From NCBI RefSeq assembly GCF_009914755.1, contig NC_060943.1: a DNA stretch of 64,000 bases; one strand, 5' to 3'. The position numbers were made by a program, and so were the translations under genes. Below the pieces are notes generated by a model. It was not told the DNA's origin, did no database searches, and was given only the letters and a program-made list of their open reading frames with translations. Every line of letters starts with the position of its first letter. Positions within the stretch are counted from its first letter, which is position 1. Source of the DNA: the human T2T-CHM13v2.0 reference genome, Homo sapiens. Positions 28,716-47,116 of the stretch are shown here, piece after piece.

Positions 28716-29366
28716 GGGGAGGGGGCCCAGGCAGAGGCTGGTGCTGGGGTTAGAGAAAGCTACACTAGGTGTCTGGCTGGTGTGGGAGCAGGAAGGGAAG
28801 CCCCAGAACAAGCCACAAATTGTTCCAGCAGGAGTAGGCCCCCTGCCTTTTTCCTGGACTAACGACGGCACCCGGCACTGAGCCCCTCACTTCTGCAAGG
28901 AAGTGCTCTCCACACCGACGGTCCTTGTGAAACACGCACCCCACTGATGGAAGGGTGAGGAATGATAGGCGCCCCATGGCCAGGCCGTGGCCCCCTTCTT
29001 TCCTGGGCGCCTTAGGTGGTAGTCAGCCACACCACAACTGCCAGCCAGGAAAGGGTAAGGGCGCAGGGCTGCCTGCTGCCCCCTCAGTGCCAGTGTCCTC
29101 TGCCCAGAAAGGTCAAATCGGCAGAGCAGGGTGCGGAAAGCACCCTGGTGAGAACACCCTGGTGAGAACACCCCAGGAGGCCAACTCCTGGCCGGCACCC
29201 ACGATGCTTTCTGGCTGCAGAGGAAAGCAGGATCCCTAGTTTCCAGGCTTCCCTGCCAGAGAGAGACTGGAAAGACCATAGAAGGAAAGTTTCTCCTTTC
29301 ACAGGGGGAAGGATACAGGGAGACAGCGCAGAAGTTGGAGAGCAGCATCGAAATGTTTCTGGCCTA

Positions 29367-29744
<378 letters not shown>

Positions 29745-29850
29745 TTAGCTTCCAAAAGATAATATTGACGCACTTCAGGTCTTGCTAGCACAGCGCTTCA
29801 GAGACTGCCACAAAGTGTGCTGGGTGCTGCTTGTTGTTGCCAGTGGCTAG

Positions 29851-32800
29851 GTAAGAGGCGGAGTAAGAATGTAGGAGTGGAGAAAAGGAGGAGAAAAAGA
29901 GAAGAGTAGAAGAGAAGGAGAAGTGGGAAAGGAGGAGAGATAAAGGGAGGAGGAAGTGAGAGAAGAAGAGAAGAAAAAATGCGAAGAAGATAGAAGAGAG
30001 AAAGTGGTGAAAAAAACCGGAAGGGAACAATGGGACTAGAAGAGAAGAGGAGAAAAAACCTGGAAGAAGGAGTAGAGCAGGAGAAAAAGAGAAGGAGGAG
30101 GAGGAGAGGAAAAGGAGAAAGGTGAGGAGAAGGAAGACGAGGAGAAGAGGAGAAGAAAATAGGAGGAGGAGAGGCGAGAAAGAGCAGGAGAGGAGGAGGA
30201 GAGGAGAAGGAGGAGGAAGCAAAGTAGAGTATAAGAGGAGAAAAGGGGGAGGAGAAGAATGAGGAGAGAAGGAGGAGGAGGAGTAAGGAAAAGTAGAAGA
30301 AAAAAGGAGAAGAGGAGAGGAAAAGGAGTAAGAGAAAGCAAAGAGAAAAAGAAGGAAGAGAGAAGGAAAAGGAGGAAAAGAAAATGAGGAAGAGTAGAGG
30401 CAGAAAAGGAAAAGCAAAAGGAGGAGGAGAGGAGAAAAAGGAGGATAGAAGGAAAAGGAGGAAAAAGGAGAAAAAAGGAGGAGAAGAGGAGACAGAGGAG
30501 AAGGAGGAGGAGGAAGAGAAGAGAAAAAAGAGAGGAGGAGAAGGAAGAGGAGAAGAGAGAAGGAAGAAGAGAGGAGGAATGGAGAAAGGAGGAGAGAAGA
30601 AGAAGGTGAAGGGGATGAAAGAAGAAGAAAAAGGAGGAAGAGGAGGAGAAATGAAGGAGGAGAAGGTAGAGGATAAAAAGGAGGAGTAGGAGTGGAGAAG
30701 AAGGAAGACAAAAAAGGAGGTGGAAAAGAAGGATTAGAAGAGGAGAAGGAGGAGAAGGAAAAAGAGGAGGAAAGGAGGAAGAGGTGGAGAGAAAGAGAAA
30801 GCAGGGAGGAGGATGCGGTGGACTAGGACGTGGAGGAGAGGAGAAAGAGGAGAGGAGGAGGAGAGATAAAGAAGGAATAGTAGGAGGAGAGAAAAAGGAG
30901 GAAAAGAGGAGGAGAGATAAAGAAGGAATAGTAGGAGGAGAGAAAAAGGAGGAGAGAAGAAGAAGGAGAGGAGATGGAGGAGGAGGAGAGGAGTAAAAAG
31001 AGAAGGAGAGGAAAAGAAGGAGAAGAGAAGAAGGAGAATAGGAGGAGGAGGAGAGGAGGTGGAGGAGGACAAAAAAAGCAAAAGGTGAGGAGAAGGAGGG
31101 GGAGAGAAAAAGGAGGAGAAGAAGGAGAAAGAGAAGGAGGCCAGGAGAAAAAGGAGAGGGAGGTGGGGAAAAGGAGGAGAAAAGGAGAAGGAGAAGGATA
31201 GAAGGAGGAGAAGAAGAAAAGGAAAGGAGAAGGAGGAGAGAAAGGAGAAAAAGAAAAAATTAGAAGAAGGAGGAGGAAAGAACAAGAAGGAGGAGAGGAA
31301 AAGGAGGAGAAAGTGGATAAGAGAAGGGGAGGGGAAAGAAAAAAGGAGAGGAGGTGGGGGAGGAGAAAAAACGAGGAGGAAGAAGAAGGAGGGGAAGGAA
31401 AATAGGTGGAGAAGGAGGAGGAAGAGAAGGAGGAGAGCAGGAGAAGAGGAAGAGAAGGGGGAGGAGAGGAGAAGAAGGAGGAGGACTAGAGAAGACGTAG
31501 GAGAGAAGGACTTGGAGAAGAGGAGGGAAGGAAAAAGAGAAGGAGAGGAGGAAGAGAAGAAGGGAAAGGAGGAGGGCGAGGAGAAGGAAAGGAGTAGGTA
31601 ACAAAGAGAAGGAGAGAAGAAGAAAAGTAGGAGAAAAGAAAATGGAGAAAGGAGAATAAGGAGGACAGGAGGGAAAGAGAAGAAGGAGGAGGGAAAGAAG
31701 AAGCGGAGGATAGAAGGAGTACTTAGAGAGGAGGAAAAGGTGGAGGAGGATAGCAGAAGGAAGAGAAAAAGAAGAGGAGAAAGAAAGGAGGAGGGGGTGG
31801 AGAGAAGAAAGAATAGAGGAGAAGGAGGAGGAGAAGAGGAGGCAGAGGAGGGGGAAGAAGGAGAAGAGGAGGAGGAGCAGAGGAGGAGGAAAAGAGGAGA
31901 AGGAGGAGTAGACAAGCAGGAGAAGAGAAAGAAGAAGAAGCAGAGGAGAGAAGGAGAGGAGGAGGAGAGGTGGAGGAGGAAAAAAGAAGTAGAGGAGGAG
32001 GAGAGGAGGAGGAAAGGAGGAGAGAAGGGGGAGAGGAGGAGAAGGAAAAGGGAAGGAGACAGGAGAAGAAGGACAGGGGGAGAGGAGGAGAAAAAGGAGA
32101 GGAGGAGGACAGGAGGAGAAGGAGGACAGGAAAGGAGGAGGAAGAGGAGTGGAGGAGAGGATAAAAAGAAGGTGGAGGAAAAGAGGAGGAGGAAAAGGAG
32201 GTGAGGAGAAGGAAAAGGAGAGAAGGAAGAGGAGGAGTAGAGAAGGAGGACAAGGAGGAGCAGAAAAGAGAAAGGAAGAGGAGAAGGAGAGAAGGAAGAG
32301 AATTAGAGAAGAAGGAGAAGGAGAGGAGAAAGAGGATGAAAGGAGAAGGAAAAGGAGGAAGAGGAGAAAACAAGGAGAAGGGGGAGAAGAAAATACATAG
32401 GAGAAGAAAGAGGAAAAGAAGGAGAGGAGAAGTAAGAGGAGAGGAGGAGGATGAGAGGAGGAATGGAGCAGGAGGAGTAGAGGAGGAGAAGAGGAGAAAA
32501 AGGAGAAAAGCAGAGAATAAGGAGGAGGAGCAGAAGCAGAGGAGAGAGAAAAGTAAGAGATGGAGAAGATGAGGAGCAGGAAGAGGAGGTGGAGGAGGAA
32601 TAAAAGGAGGAGTAGGAGAAAAGGAGAAAGAGTTGGAAAAGGAGAGGAGAAGAAGGAAGAGAAAAAAGAGAAGGAGGAGAGGAGAAGGAAAGGAGAAGAA
32701 GAAAAAGGAGGAAGAGAGGAGGAAAGGAGGAGTAGGGGGAGAGGAGGAGAAAGAGGGGAGGAGGAGGTGGATGAGAGAAGAAAGAAGAAAGGAAGGAGAG

Positions 32801-34092
32801 GAGGAGAGGAAAAGTAAAGGAGGAGAAGGAGTAGGAGGATAGAAGGAGGAGAAAAAGAGGAGAGGAGAATGAGGAGAAAGAGGAGGAGATAAGAAGAGAA
32901 GGAGTGAGGGAGGAGTAGGAGAAGAGAAGTAAAAGGAGAGAAGAAGGAAGAGAGGAGAAGAAAAAAGAGAAAAGGAGGAAGAGAGAAGGAGGAGTAGGAG
33001 AGGAAAAAAGAATAGGAGGAGGAAGAAGAGGAGGGGAGGAGAAGGGGGAGGAGGGAAGGGGAAGAGAAGAAGAGAAGAAAAAGGAGATGGAGGAGAGGAG
33101 AAAAAAGAAAAAGGCAGCGAGAAGAAGGAGAAGAGGAGAAGAAGGGGAGGAGGATGAAGGAAGAAAGAAAGGGAGGAAGAGGAGAGAAGAAAAAGTAGGA
33201 TGAAGAGAAGGAGGAGGTGAAGAGGAGAAGGAAGAAAAAAGAAAGAGGAAGAGAGAAGAAAAGGGGGAGAGGTGAGGAGGAGGAGAAAAGGAGAAGGAGA
33301 GGAGGAGAAAAAGGAAAGGAGGAAGAGAAGAGAAGGTTAGGAGGAGAGAAAGAAAAGGTGAAGGAGAGGAGGAGAAAAAGGATAAGAGAAGGAGGAAGAG
33401 GAGGGGAGGAGAAGGAGGAGGAAGAGGGGGAACAGGAGGAGAGAGAAAGAAGGAGGTGGAGGAGAGGAGAAAAAGGGAAAGGAGGTGGAGAGGAGGAGCG
33501 GAGGAAGAGGAGGAAGAAAGGAGAAGGAGAAAAGGAGGAAGAGGAGGAAGAAAGGAGAAGGAGAAAAGGAGGAAAAGGAGGAAGAGGAGAGCAGAAGGAG
33601 GAAGAGAGGAGGAGGAGTGGAGGGGTAGGAGGAGAAGAGGAGGAGGAAGAGAGAAGTAGGAGGAGGAAGAGGAGGAGAGAAGGAGGATAAGAGAAGATGG
33701 ATGAGAAAAGGAGGAGAGGAAGAGAAAAAGAGGAGGAAGAGGATAGGAGGAGGCGGAGAGGAGAAGGATGAGTAAGAGAGGAAGAGAAGAGAAATAGGAG
33801 GAAGAGGACAGGCGGAGTAGGAAAAGGAGGGAAGGAAAAGGAGTAATAGAACAGGAGGAAGAGGAGGAGAAGAGAAGGAGGAGAAGAGAAAGAGGAGAAG
33901 AGAAGGAGGAGGAGAAGAGAAGGAGGAGGAGCAGAGGAGAATATGGAGGAGGAAAGAAGGAGAAGTAGAAGGAGGAAAAGAGGAGAAAAAAGGAAGGAAA
34001 AGGAGGAAGAGGAGAGGAGAGGAGAAGGAGGAGGAGAGTAGGAGGAGGAGAAGAGGAGGAAGAGGAGGAGAGGAGGAGGAAAAGAGAGGGAG
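29851..34092. repeat. ~4.2 kb polypurine/polypyrimidine low-complexity tract (GGA/GAA/GAG-rich)
   Basis: Plus strand is almost only A and G with scattered single pyrimidines and no fixed period. Confidence 0.97.
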
Positions 34093-36219
34093 TGCCTGGT
34101 CTGTCCCACGGACCCTGGCTGAGCAACGGATGAAAGGAGTACTCAGACACAGGTACACAGTGTTAGAGCAACTAGGGGTCTGCCTGGCTCTAGTGGCCAA
34201 AGTGCAGCCCCAAGAAGCTTGAGCTGCTTGCTTTTGTTCAGTGCAGGCACAATGCCAAAAGCCTTGAGCAAACACAGTCTGTAGATAATTAACAATTATT
34301 GTTTCCATTTCAGGGAACGTCACACGCGAGGATGTTCAGAGGTCAGTTCAGGGACAACTTCAGACAAACAAGCCTGATCAAGACAACTTATTCCTCACTC
34401 TTTTGAACATACTTCTCACCCTATTCTTCAGGGTTAGAGAACAGCAGTCTTCAGCTATTCTCTCCCAAAGCTACTCAAAGTCTTTTGACCTTTCAGAAGG
34501 CCTGCTCCCTTCTTCTACAGTTTTTCCCACCACTCTGACTGACCTCTCACATCTCCCCATTTTCTGTTTTTTTTTTTCATCAGGTTTTGTTGATTGAAGA
34601 GTACAGATGTGTGCAGCAACAGGTTTGACAGGCGCAGCTGTTACAGCTTGTGTTTTGGCTTTGCATGCTAGAATTAGTAAATAACATAAGATAAACATGA
34701 GTATAATCAGTAATATTCTTTCCCAATCAAAGAGTGACCCGCAGGAATGGGGATCTATCCAGGAGAGATGTTTTTGCACATTGTTATATAGGGCTGTTAA
34801 TGAGAAACCCCACCATGGGTATGTTAATCTCTTCTAGCCAGGTAGTCACATTGTTAAAAGCTGGGAAAGGGGTGTCTGCCCAGGTAATAGGGTGGAAGAA
34901 AGGTGGATCTAGAAGGTGGGCCTAATAGAGTGTAGCAGGTATGGGTTGCAGGCAGAGTGAGAGAATAAGAAAAACTAATACCCTACAAGAGTTGCAATGT
35001 ACAACAGACAGCATAGCAAGGAAGATTATCTGGAGTGAATGGTGTTTTTGTCTGGAGCAGAATTTGCTCAGTCTCCTGAGTTGTCTTTTTCAGCATAATG
35101 TCCAGGGCCTGTATTGTCTGAGGAAGCCACATCATCTGGGGCTGTGGGTCCAGCAGGGTTATTTTATTTTTGGTACCAGGTTTGGTTTCAGCCACATCGT
35201 AGTATGACTTGATGCATCACACTAGAATCCAAAGAGGACCTGAGGGAAAGTGAACACAAGCATATCATCTTCCCCTGTTAACAAATCATTTGGACCACAC
35301 CATACATTACTATTTACATCTTTCCATAAAATTGAAGGTTTTATATCTTGAATGATTTTTGCAAAGTGCTTTATTATAGCTGATTGAAATTTATCATCTA
35401 AATTTAAGAAATTAAGGGTAAATAAGGCTTGTGCCAATAGTATTGCAGGGTTGTTACTCATATCCCACCTTTTTTGTTTTCTGAGCATATTTTTAAGGGT
35501 GGAGTGGGCACGTTCTACTATGGCTTCTCCTTGGGAGATATACAAGACACCCATGGAATGTTGGATGTTCCATTTGTGACAAAATTGTTGAAATTGTGAG
35601 CTGGTGTAAGCTGGACCATTATCAGTTTTAATTTTTTGGGCCACCCCATGAATGCAAAAGTTAAAAGAAGAGGTTTAACGACATATCGGGCAGACTCTCC
35701 GGGAAGAGCAGGAGTGCCAATTAGATGGGAATTGGTATCAACGGATACATGTACATATGTTAGTTTTTCAAATTCAGGGACGTGCATAACATCTGTTTTC
35801 CATATCTGATTAGGTTCTAGTCTTCTAGGGTTAACATCTGTTGAAGGAGGGGATGTGCCTGTGAGAGGGCAATCTGGGCTTTGTAAAATAATTTGTATAG
35901 CTAGTTTTTGGGTAAGTTAAAATTGTTAAGTTTCTCCAATTTTGCTGAAAAAATTGATGTGATTGGGTGGCTTGGTCAAGCAGTGACATCATAACCTACA
36001 GGTCTGCTTGATCTTAGGTGTGAACTAGTGGACTGGACAGTGAGCTGTGGGCCCGAATCTTTGTAATAAAAATAGGATGTGTTTGTTGAACCAGCAATTG
36101 CTGAAGTTGGAAAAAAAGGACACACAGGGTGAGCTCAACAGTGGACTTAATGAAGGCTGTTTCAAGGTTTTGCAATAAATAAACAAAGTAGTTTATCAGT
36201 GGGAAAGGTGCATGTTCTC

Positions 36220-36519
36220 TTTCTTTTTCTTTTTCTTTTTGAGACAGAGTCTTGCTCTGTAGCCCAGGCTGGAGTGCAGTGGCACATCTTGGCTGACTGC
36301 AACCTCCGCCTCCAGGGTTCAACAAATTCTCCTGCCTCAGCTGTCCGCGTAGCTGGGAATATAGGTGTGTGCTACCACACCTGGCTGTTTTTTGTATTTT
36401 TAACAGAAATGGGGTTTCACTGTGTTAGCCAGGATAGTCTCGATCTTCTGACCTCATGATCCACCGGCCTCGGACTCCCAAAGTGCTGGGATTACAGGTG
36501 TTAGCCACCGCACCCAGCT
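36220..36519 (-). mobile_element. Alu (AluSc/Y-like) in HML-5 pol
   Basis: Dimeric Alu with T-rich tail. Confidence 0.9.
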
Positions 36520-38468
36520 GAGAAGGACATGTTCTATATGGCCCACATAATCAGAGAGTTCTATCTGAAGGTATAGAGGTAGGGGGATGACTGCTTTGAA
36601 TTGCTTTTTACTTAAGGGTATTCTTACGAAATCCAGGTCATAACCTTGCAATTGATTGCAATTGATTGACTTTACTACTAGATAGACACAGGGAGATGGT
36701 ATTTTAGTCCTGGTATGTGAGCAAAGAACCCATTCTAGGAGGTGCAGCCTTGGGGCCATCTGTCTTATTAATCCTGTTGGGGAATATTTAGTAGGAAATA
36801 CAAATAATTGGACTTAATATCATGGGTCTATGCAATCTAGTAGCCTCTGAGTAATAGCTTGCTCTATTTCCTCAATTTTCCTTTTTGCAGTGGGGGGTCA
36901 AATACCTGGGTGAGTCCAAGTCTGCATTGCCCTTTAGGATAGAAAGTAGGTTCTGTAACTTATCAGTAGTTATGCCCGAGGTGGGGCAAAGCCAGTTAAT
37001 ATCACCCAGTAATGTTTGATAATCATTTAAGGTGTGTAAGTTGTTAGTATTCATTCAACCTTTTGAGGTCTTACTGACCGGAAAGTTAGTATGTATTCAA
37101 GATGTTTCCAAGGGAAGGACATCAGTACCTTCTCAGGTACTATGATTAAACATCTAAACTGTGTATTCCTTTTGACAGAGGCATATAAACTCAAAAGTAT
37201 TGGCTCCGTTGGGGCTGCCAGTAAGATGTCATCCATGATCTTGCAATTAGGAAATTCTTTTCTACTGGGGAGAAAATCCTGATTTACATGATACTGACAC
37301 ATGGTAGGACTGTTCAGCATTCTTTGAGGAAGTACTTTCCAATGATTCAGCAAGCTGGCCTTTCATTATTTATAACTGGTATTGTAAATGCAAATTTTTC
37401 TTTGTCTTATTCTGCAAGGGGAATAGTAGAAAAGGAGTCTTTTAAGTCAATAATAACTATAGGCCAATCTCAAGGAACTGCTATGGGGGAAGGGAGCCCC
37501 TGTTGAATGGGCCCCATAGGTTGCAAATTAACATTGATAGCAAGTAAGTCATGAAAAAGTCTCCAATTATTAGACTTCTTGTCAATGATGGAAACAGGTG
37601 AATTCCAATAGCTGTTTGATGGTTCTATATGGCCAGCTTTTAAATTGTTCCTCAACTAATTCATGGGCTCCTTGTAATTTCTCTCCCTTTAAAGGCCACT
37701 GTTCTAGCCACATAGGATTTTGAGAGAGCCATGTCAGGGTAGGGGAAAAATCAAAACAGTGGCCATTACCAGAAAGGGGTCTGATATTACCTCAATTAAT
37801 CCTCTCATAAATGGGCTAGTGGCTCCATTTTCTCTAATACTTTTTCTTATTTCTTCATAAGTGTTGAAAGCAATGAGTTCATGTACCCAATTGCCTTATT
37901 GATCTCCCATCACCAAGCAGGCCCAGAGCTCCCCTTCTAATGCTGTTTGCCTAAGGCGTGGCCCCATAACTTTAGTGTTTCCCTTTCATTCTACCCAATT
38001 TATTGGAGAAGGGGGCTCAGAGAAAATCTGTGTCTCATCTGTGGCACCTTTACCTGGTAACAGTGGGGCTGAGGGAGCAAGAGGAGATATTAAGGTAGAT
38101 GATGGTTCTTCCTCCCTTCCCTTTTAAGGCTCTTCTGTGTAGAGTGGGGCCAGAGCAGCCCTATCTAAGGCCCATAACATTAAAGATGCTACTGGGACCT
38201 GTTGTCCTTGTGCAATTTAAGATTAAATGACAAGAATGTCATTTAAGATTTCTTCTCACTTGTTCCCAGAGCTCTAGGTCTAGTGTACCATCTTCTGGGA
38301 ACCATGGGTTATGGAAAACAATAGTTTGCATTAGGTCCCTTAATTGGGGCTCCAAGACCAAGGCTCTGCTAGCTTTAAGAAGCTGTTTCAATATCTTTAT
38401 ATACTGTTGCTGTTGAGTGAATAACTGTTGTTCATTTTTGAGGGTTTTGTCATGATCCATTGCTCTGT

Positions 38469-38486
38469 TCCTCACACAGGGCACCA
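38469..38486 (-). promoter_or_regulatory. tRNA-Met primer binding site
   Basis: tggtgccctgtgtgagga matches TGGTGCCCCGTGTGAGGA at 17/18. A Met PBS is characteristic of HML-5. Confidence 0.8.
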
Positions 38487-38488
38487 CC

Positions 38489-39860
<1,372 letters not shown>

Positions 39861-39861
39861 G

Positions 39862-41965
39862 GGTAATATTGCCTTTTTTGCTTGGGCTGTGCCCTTAGAA
39901 GGCATTGAGACATACTGCTGAGCCCACCACTAACATGATGTGAGTTCTCTGCCTACCCCTGACCACAGGAAGCATTGTGACATATTTCTTGACCCATTAC
40001 AATCTCTCCTATGAGCAAAGCTCAGGTAAATGCCCTTTTTACCTATGTGACGTGACATTTCTCTTCTGCCTGGGCCATGCCCACAGATTAGAGAGTGACT
40101 TACTGCTGAAGCAAGAAAAACAGTGATGTAATTATTCTGCCTGGTCCCTGCACACAGGAGTCACTGTGGTATATGTTTAGGCCTCCCACCTAGATGATGT
40201 GACTCTTTTCTTCTGGGGTTTGTCCTCAGTGGGAATTCTGATATGACACGACATAGCTCCTATGAGATGTGACTCTTCCTCATTTTTAGCTTCTTCTCAC
40301 TGGGGTGATAGGAACATAAAGCTAAGCCAAGCACCTAGGCTATGTCTCTCCTCTTATTTAGGAGCCCTACCCACAAGGGACATTGTGACATAGCTCTAGG
40401 CTTCTCACCTTGGTAATGTGACTTTGTGCCTAGGCCCTCCCCTCAGGGGTACTGTGAAATACTGCTGGACCAAGAACCTAGGTGATGTGACTCTCTGTTA
40501 CTGCTTGGAGTGTGCTTAAGAAGAAATTGTGGGCTGGGTGCAGTGGCTCACACCTGTAATCCCATCACTTTCGGAGGCCAAGGCAGGCGGATCATGAGGT
40601 CAGGAGATTGAGACCATCCTGGCTAACACGGTGAAACCCTGTCTCTACTAAATATACAAAAAATTAGCCAGGTGTGGTGGCGTGCACCTGTAATCCCAGC
40701 TACTCAGGAGGCTGAGGCAGGAGAATGGCATGAACTCGGGAGGCAGAGCTTGCAGTGAGCCAATATTGCACCACTGCACTCCAGCCTGGGCGACAGAGCG
40801 AGACTCCATCTCAAAAAAAACAAAACAGAACAAATAAAAAAAAAAGAAGAAATTGTGATGCACATTTATGTGCATCCAGCACCTGAGTGATGTTACTCTC
40901 CTGTCCTTCATGAGACCTGCATGCATCATGTATTTCAACATATCTGTGGGTCTAACAACATGGTGATGTGACTTTCCTGCATGGGCTCTCACACAGAAAT
41001 ATTCTAACACAAGTTTTTATTTATTATCTTGGTGATGTGACTTTTCTTTTCTGCTTGAGCACTGCCAAAAGAAAAGATTGTGACAAATCGCTGGACCCAG
41101 CACCTAGGTGATGTGAATCTCTTCACTTGCCTGAGAGGTGCATATTTTGGTTATTGTGACATATCACTGAAACAAACACGTAGGGGTTGGAAGGCTTCTG
41201 CCTGAGCCCCTTCCACAGAGGGCCTTGGAATATATTTTTTTTATCCATCGCTGGGAGATGAAACCCTCTACTTCTACCTGCATTCTTCCCATAGAGAAGA
41301 TGGTGATATATTGCTGGGCCCAGCAACCAGGTGTTTTGTCTATCTTTTCTGGGCTTTGCCTACAGTGAGCCTTGTGATATATTTAGCTGAGCCCAGCACC
41401 CAGGTGATCGTACTCTTCTTCCTGTGCCCTGCTTTCAGGAGAGGATTGTAACATCTCTGGTTGAAGACCCTGTGATGTGACTCTCCTGCCTGGTGCATAC
41501 TCTCAGGAAAGATTGTGACATAACCCTGGCCCAACACACAGTTGGTGTGACCCTCGTGCTTGTTCTCTACTCACAGGTGGAATTGTGACATATAACTTGG
41601 TCAAGCACACAGATGTAATGATGACTTTCAACCTCGAAGAGCCAGTAGGAGAGATAACGTTGCTCATAGCTACTTTTAGGAAAACAAAAAATCCTGGGTT
41701 TTCCTTCTGTAAAAATGTCATAGAGAATTACCACTCTCTCACATATATAAGGCCCCAGTGTGTCACAGACAATGTCATAACAGAGTTCACCATACAGATG
41801 AGATTGTGTTTGTCCTATGCACAGCCCAGCAACCTTTAGAATTGTCACCATCACACATGGACAGAGCCCACTGGTGGGGCCCTGAATCTCACATGAATGC
41901 ACTCCACAGTTGGAACTTTGTCATATGTGAACATCTGGCCACAGTTGAGATGGTGACTCATTTCT
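39862..41965. repeat. Complex beta-satellite (BSR), block 1
   Basis: Diverged ~70-bp monomers (cacccaggtgatgtgactctcctgcctgggccctgcc..cattgtgacatatc) matching the Sau3A beta-satellite, plus a spacer unit. Confidence 0.88.
40532..40843 (+). mobile_element. AluY-like
   Basis: 14-bp TSD aagaagaaattgtg. Confidence 0.92.
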
Positions 41966-42225
41966 TTTCTTTTTTTTTTTTAAGTGCCAAGTTATTCTTT
42001 TTTTTTAAATTTTTTTTTTATTATACTTTAAGTTTTAGGGTACATGTGCACATTGTGCAGGTTAGTTACATACGTATACATGTGCCATGCTGGTGTGCTG
42101 CACCCACTAACTCATCATCTAGCATTAGGTATATCTCCCAGTGCTATCCCTCCCCCCCTCCCCCCACCCCACAACAGTCCCCAGAGTGTGATGTTCCCCT
42201 TCCTGTGTCCATATGATCTCATTTT

Positions 42226-46035
<3,810 letters not shown>

Positions 46036-46098
46036 TATGATGTTAGCTGGTTATTTTGCTTGTTAGTTGTTGCAGTTTCTTCCTAGTCTCGATGGTCT

Positions 46099-47116
46099 TT
46101 ATATTTTGGCATGATTTTGCAGTGGCTGGTACCGGTTTTTCCTTTCCATGTTTAGCGCTTCCTTCAGGAGCTCTTTTAGGGCAGGCCTGGTGGTGACAAA
46201 ATCTCTCAGCATTTGCTTGTCTGTAAAGTGTTTTATTTCTCCTTCACTTATGAAGCTTAGTTTGGCTGGATATGAAATTCTGGGTTGAAAATTCTTTTCT
46301 TTAAGAATGTTGAATATTGGTCCCCACTCTCTTCTGGCTTGTAGGGTTTCTGCCGAGAGATCCGCTGTTAGTCTGATGGGCTTCCCTTTGAGGGTAACCT
46401 GACCTTTCTCTCTGGCTGCCCTTAACATTTTTTCCTTCATTTCAACTTTGGTGAATCTGACAATTATGTGTCTTGGAGTTGCTCTTCTCGAGGAATATCT
46501 TTGTGGTGTTCTCTGTATTTCCTGAATCTGAACATTGGCCTGCCTTGCTAGATTGGGGAAATACTCCTGGATAATATCCTGCAGAGTGTTTTCCAACTTG
46601 GTTCCATTCTCCCCATCACTTTCAGGTACACCAATCAGATGTAGATTTGGTCTTTTCACATAGTCCCATATTTCTTGGAGGCTTTGCTCATTTCTTTTTA
46701 TTCTTTTTTCTCTAAACTTTCCTTCTCGCTTCATTTCATTCATTTCATCTTCCATTGCTGATACCCTTTCTTCCAGTTGATCGCATCGGCTCCTGAGGCT
46801 TCTGCATTCTTCATGTAGTTCTCGAGCCTTGGTTTTCAGCTCCATCAGCTCCTTTAAGCACTTCTCTGTGTTGGTTATTGGAGTTATACATTCTTCTGAA
46901 TTTTTTTCAAAGTTTTCAACTTCTTTGCCTTTGGTTTGAATATCCTCCCGTAGCTCAGAGTAATTTGATCGTCTGAAGGCTTCTTCTCTCAGCTTGTCAA
47001 AGTCATTCTCCGTCCAGCTTTGTTCTGTTGCTGGTGAGGAGCTGCGTTCCTTTGGAGGAGGAGAGGCACTCTGATTTTTAGAGTTTCCAATTTTTTCTGT
47101 TCTGTTTTTTCCCCAT
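46099..47116 (-). pseudogene. L1 ORF1, frameshifted near the start; 248-aa C-terminal part open
   Basis: ATG at 47116 to the stop at 46099 spans 1018 nt, not a multiple of 3. Confidence 0.85.

Larger units (their letters stand above)
34093..38488 (-). mobile_element. HERV-K22 / HML-5 provirus A (PBS, deleted gag/pol/env, PPT, 3' LTR22); 5' LTR absent
   Basis: LTR22 at 34093-34551, PPT, env remnant, IN (KTDNGPAY), RT (WKVLPQRMLNSPTMCQ), gag MA (WFPEDGTLDLELW). gag is joined to pol at ~37790. Confidence 0.88.

Noticed and set aside
29785-34323. Very long ORFs (949, 615, 393, 328, 308 aa) and R/E/K/G-rich plus-strand ORFs
   Set aside because: Stop codons are rare in a nearly pure C/T or A/G strand. 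The overlapping L/S/F/P-only translations are compositional artefacts.
38469-38486. tRNA gene fragments (also at 8161, 16613, 54256)
   Set aside because: These are 18-nt retroviral primer binding sites, not tRNA genes.
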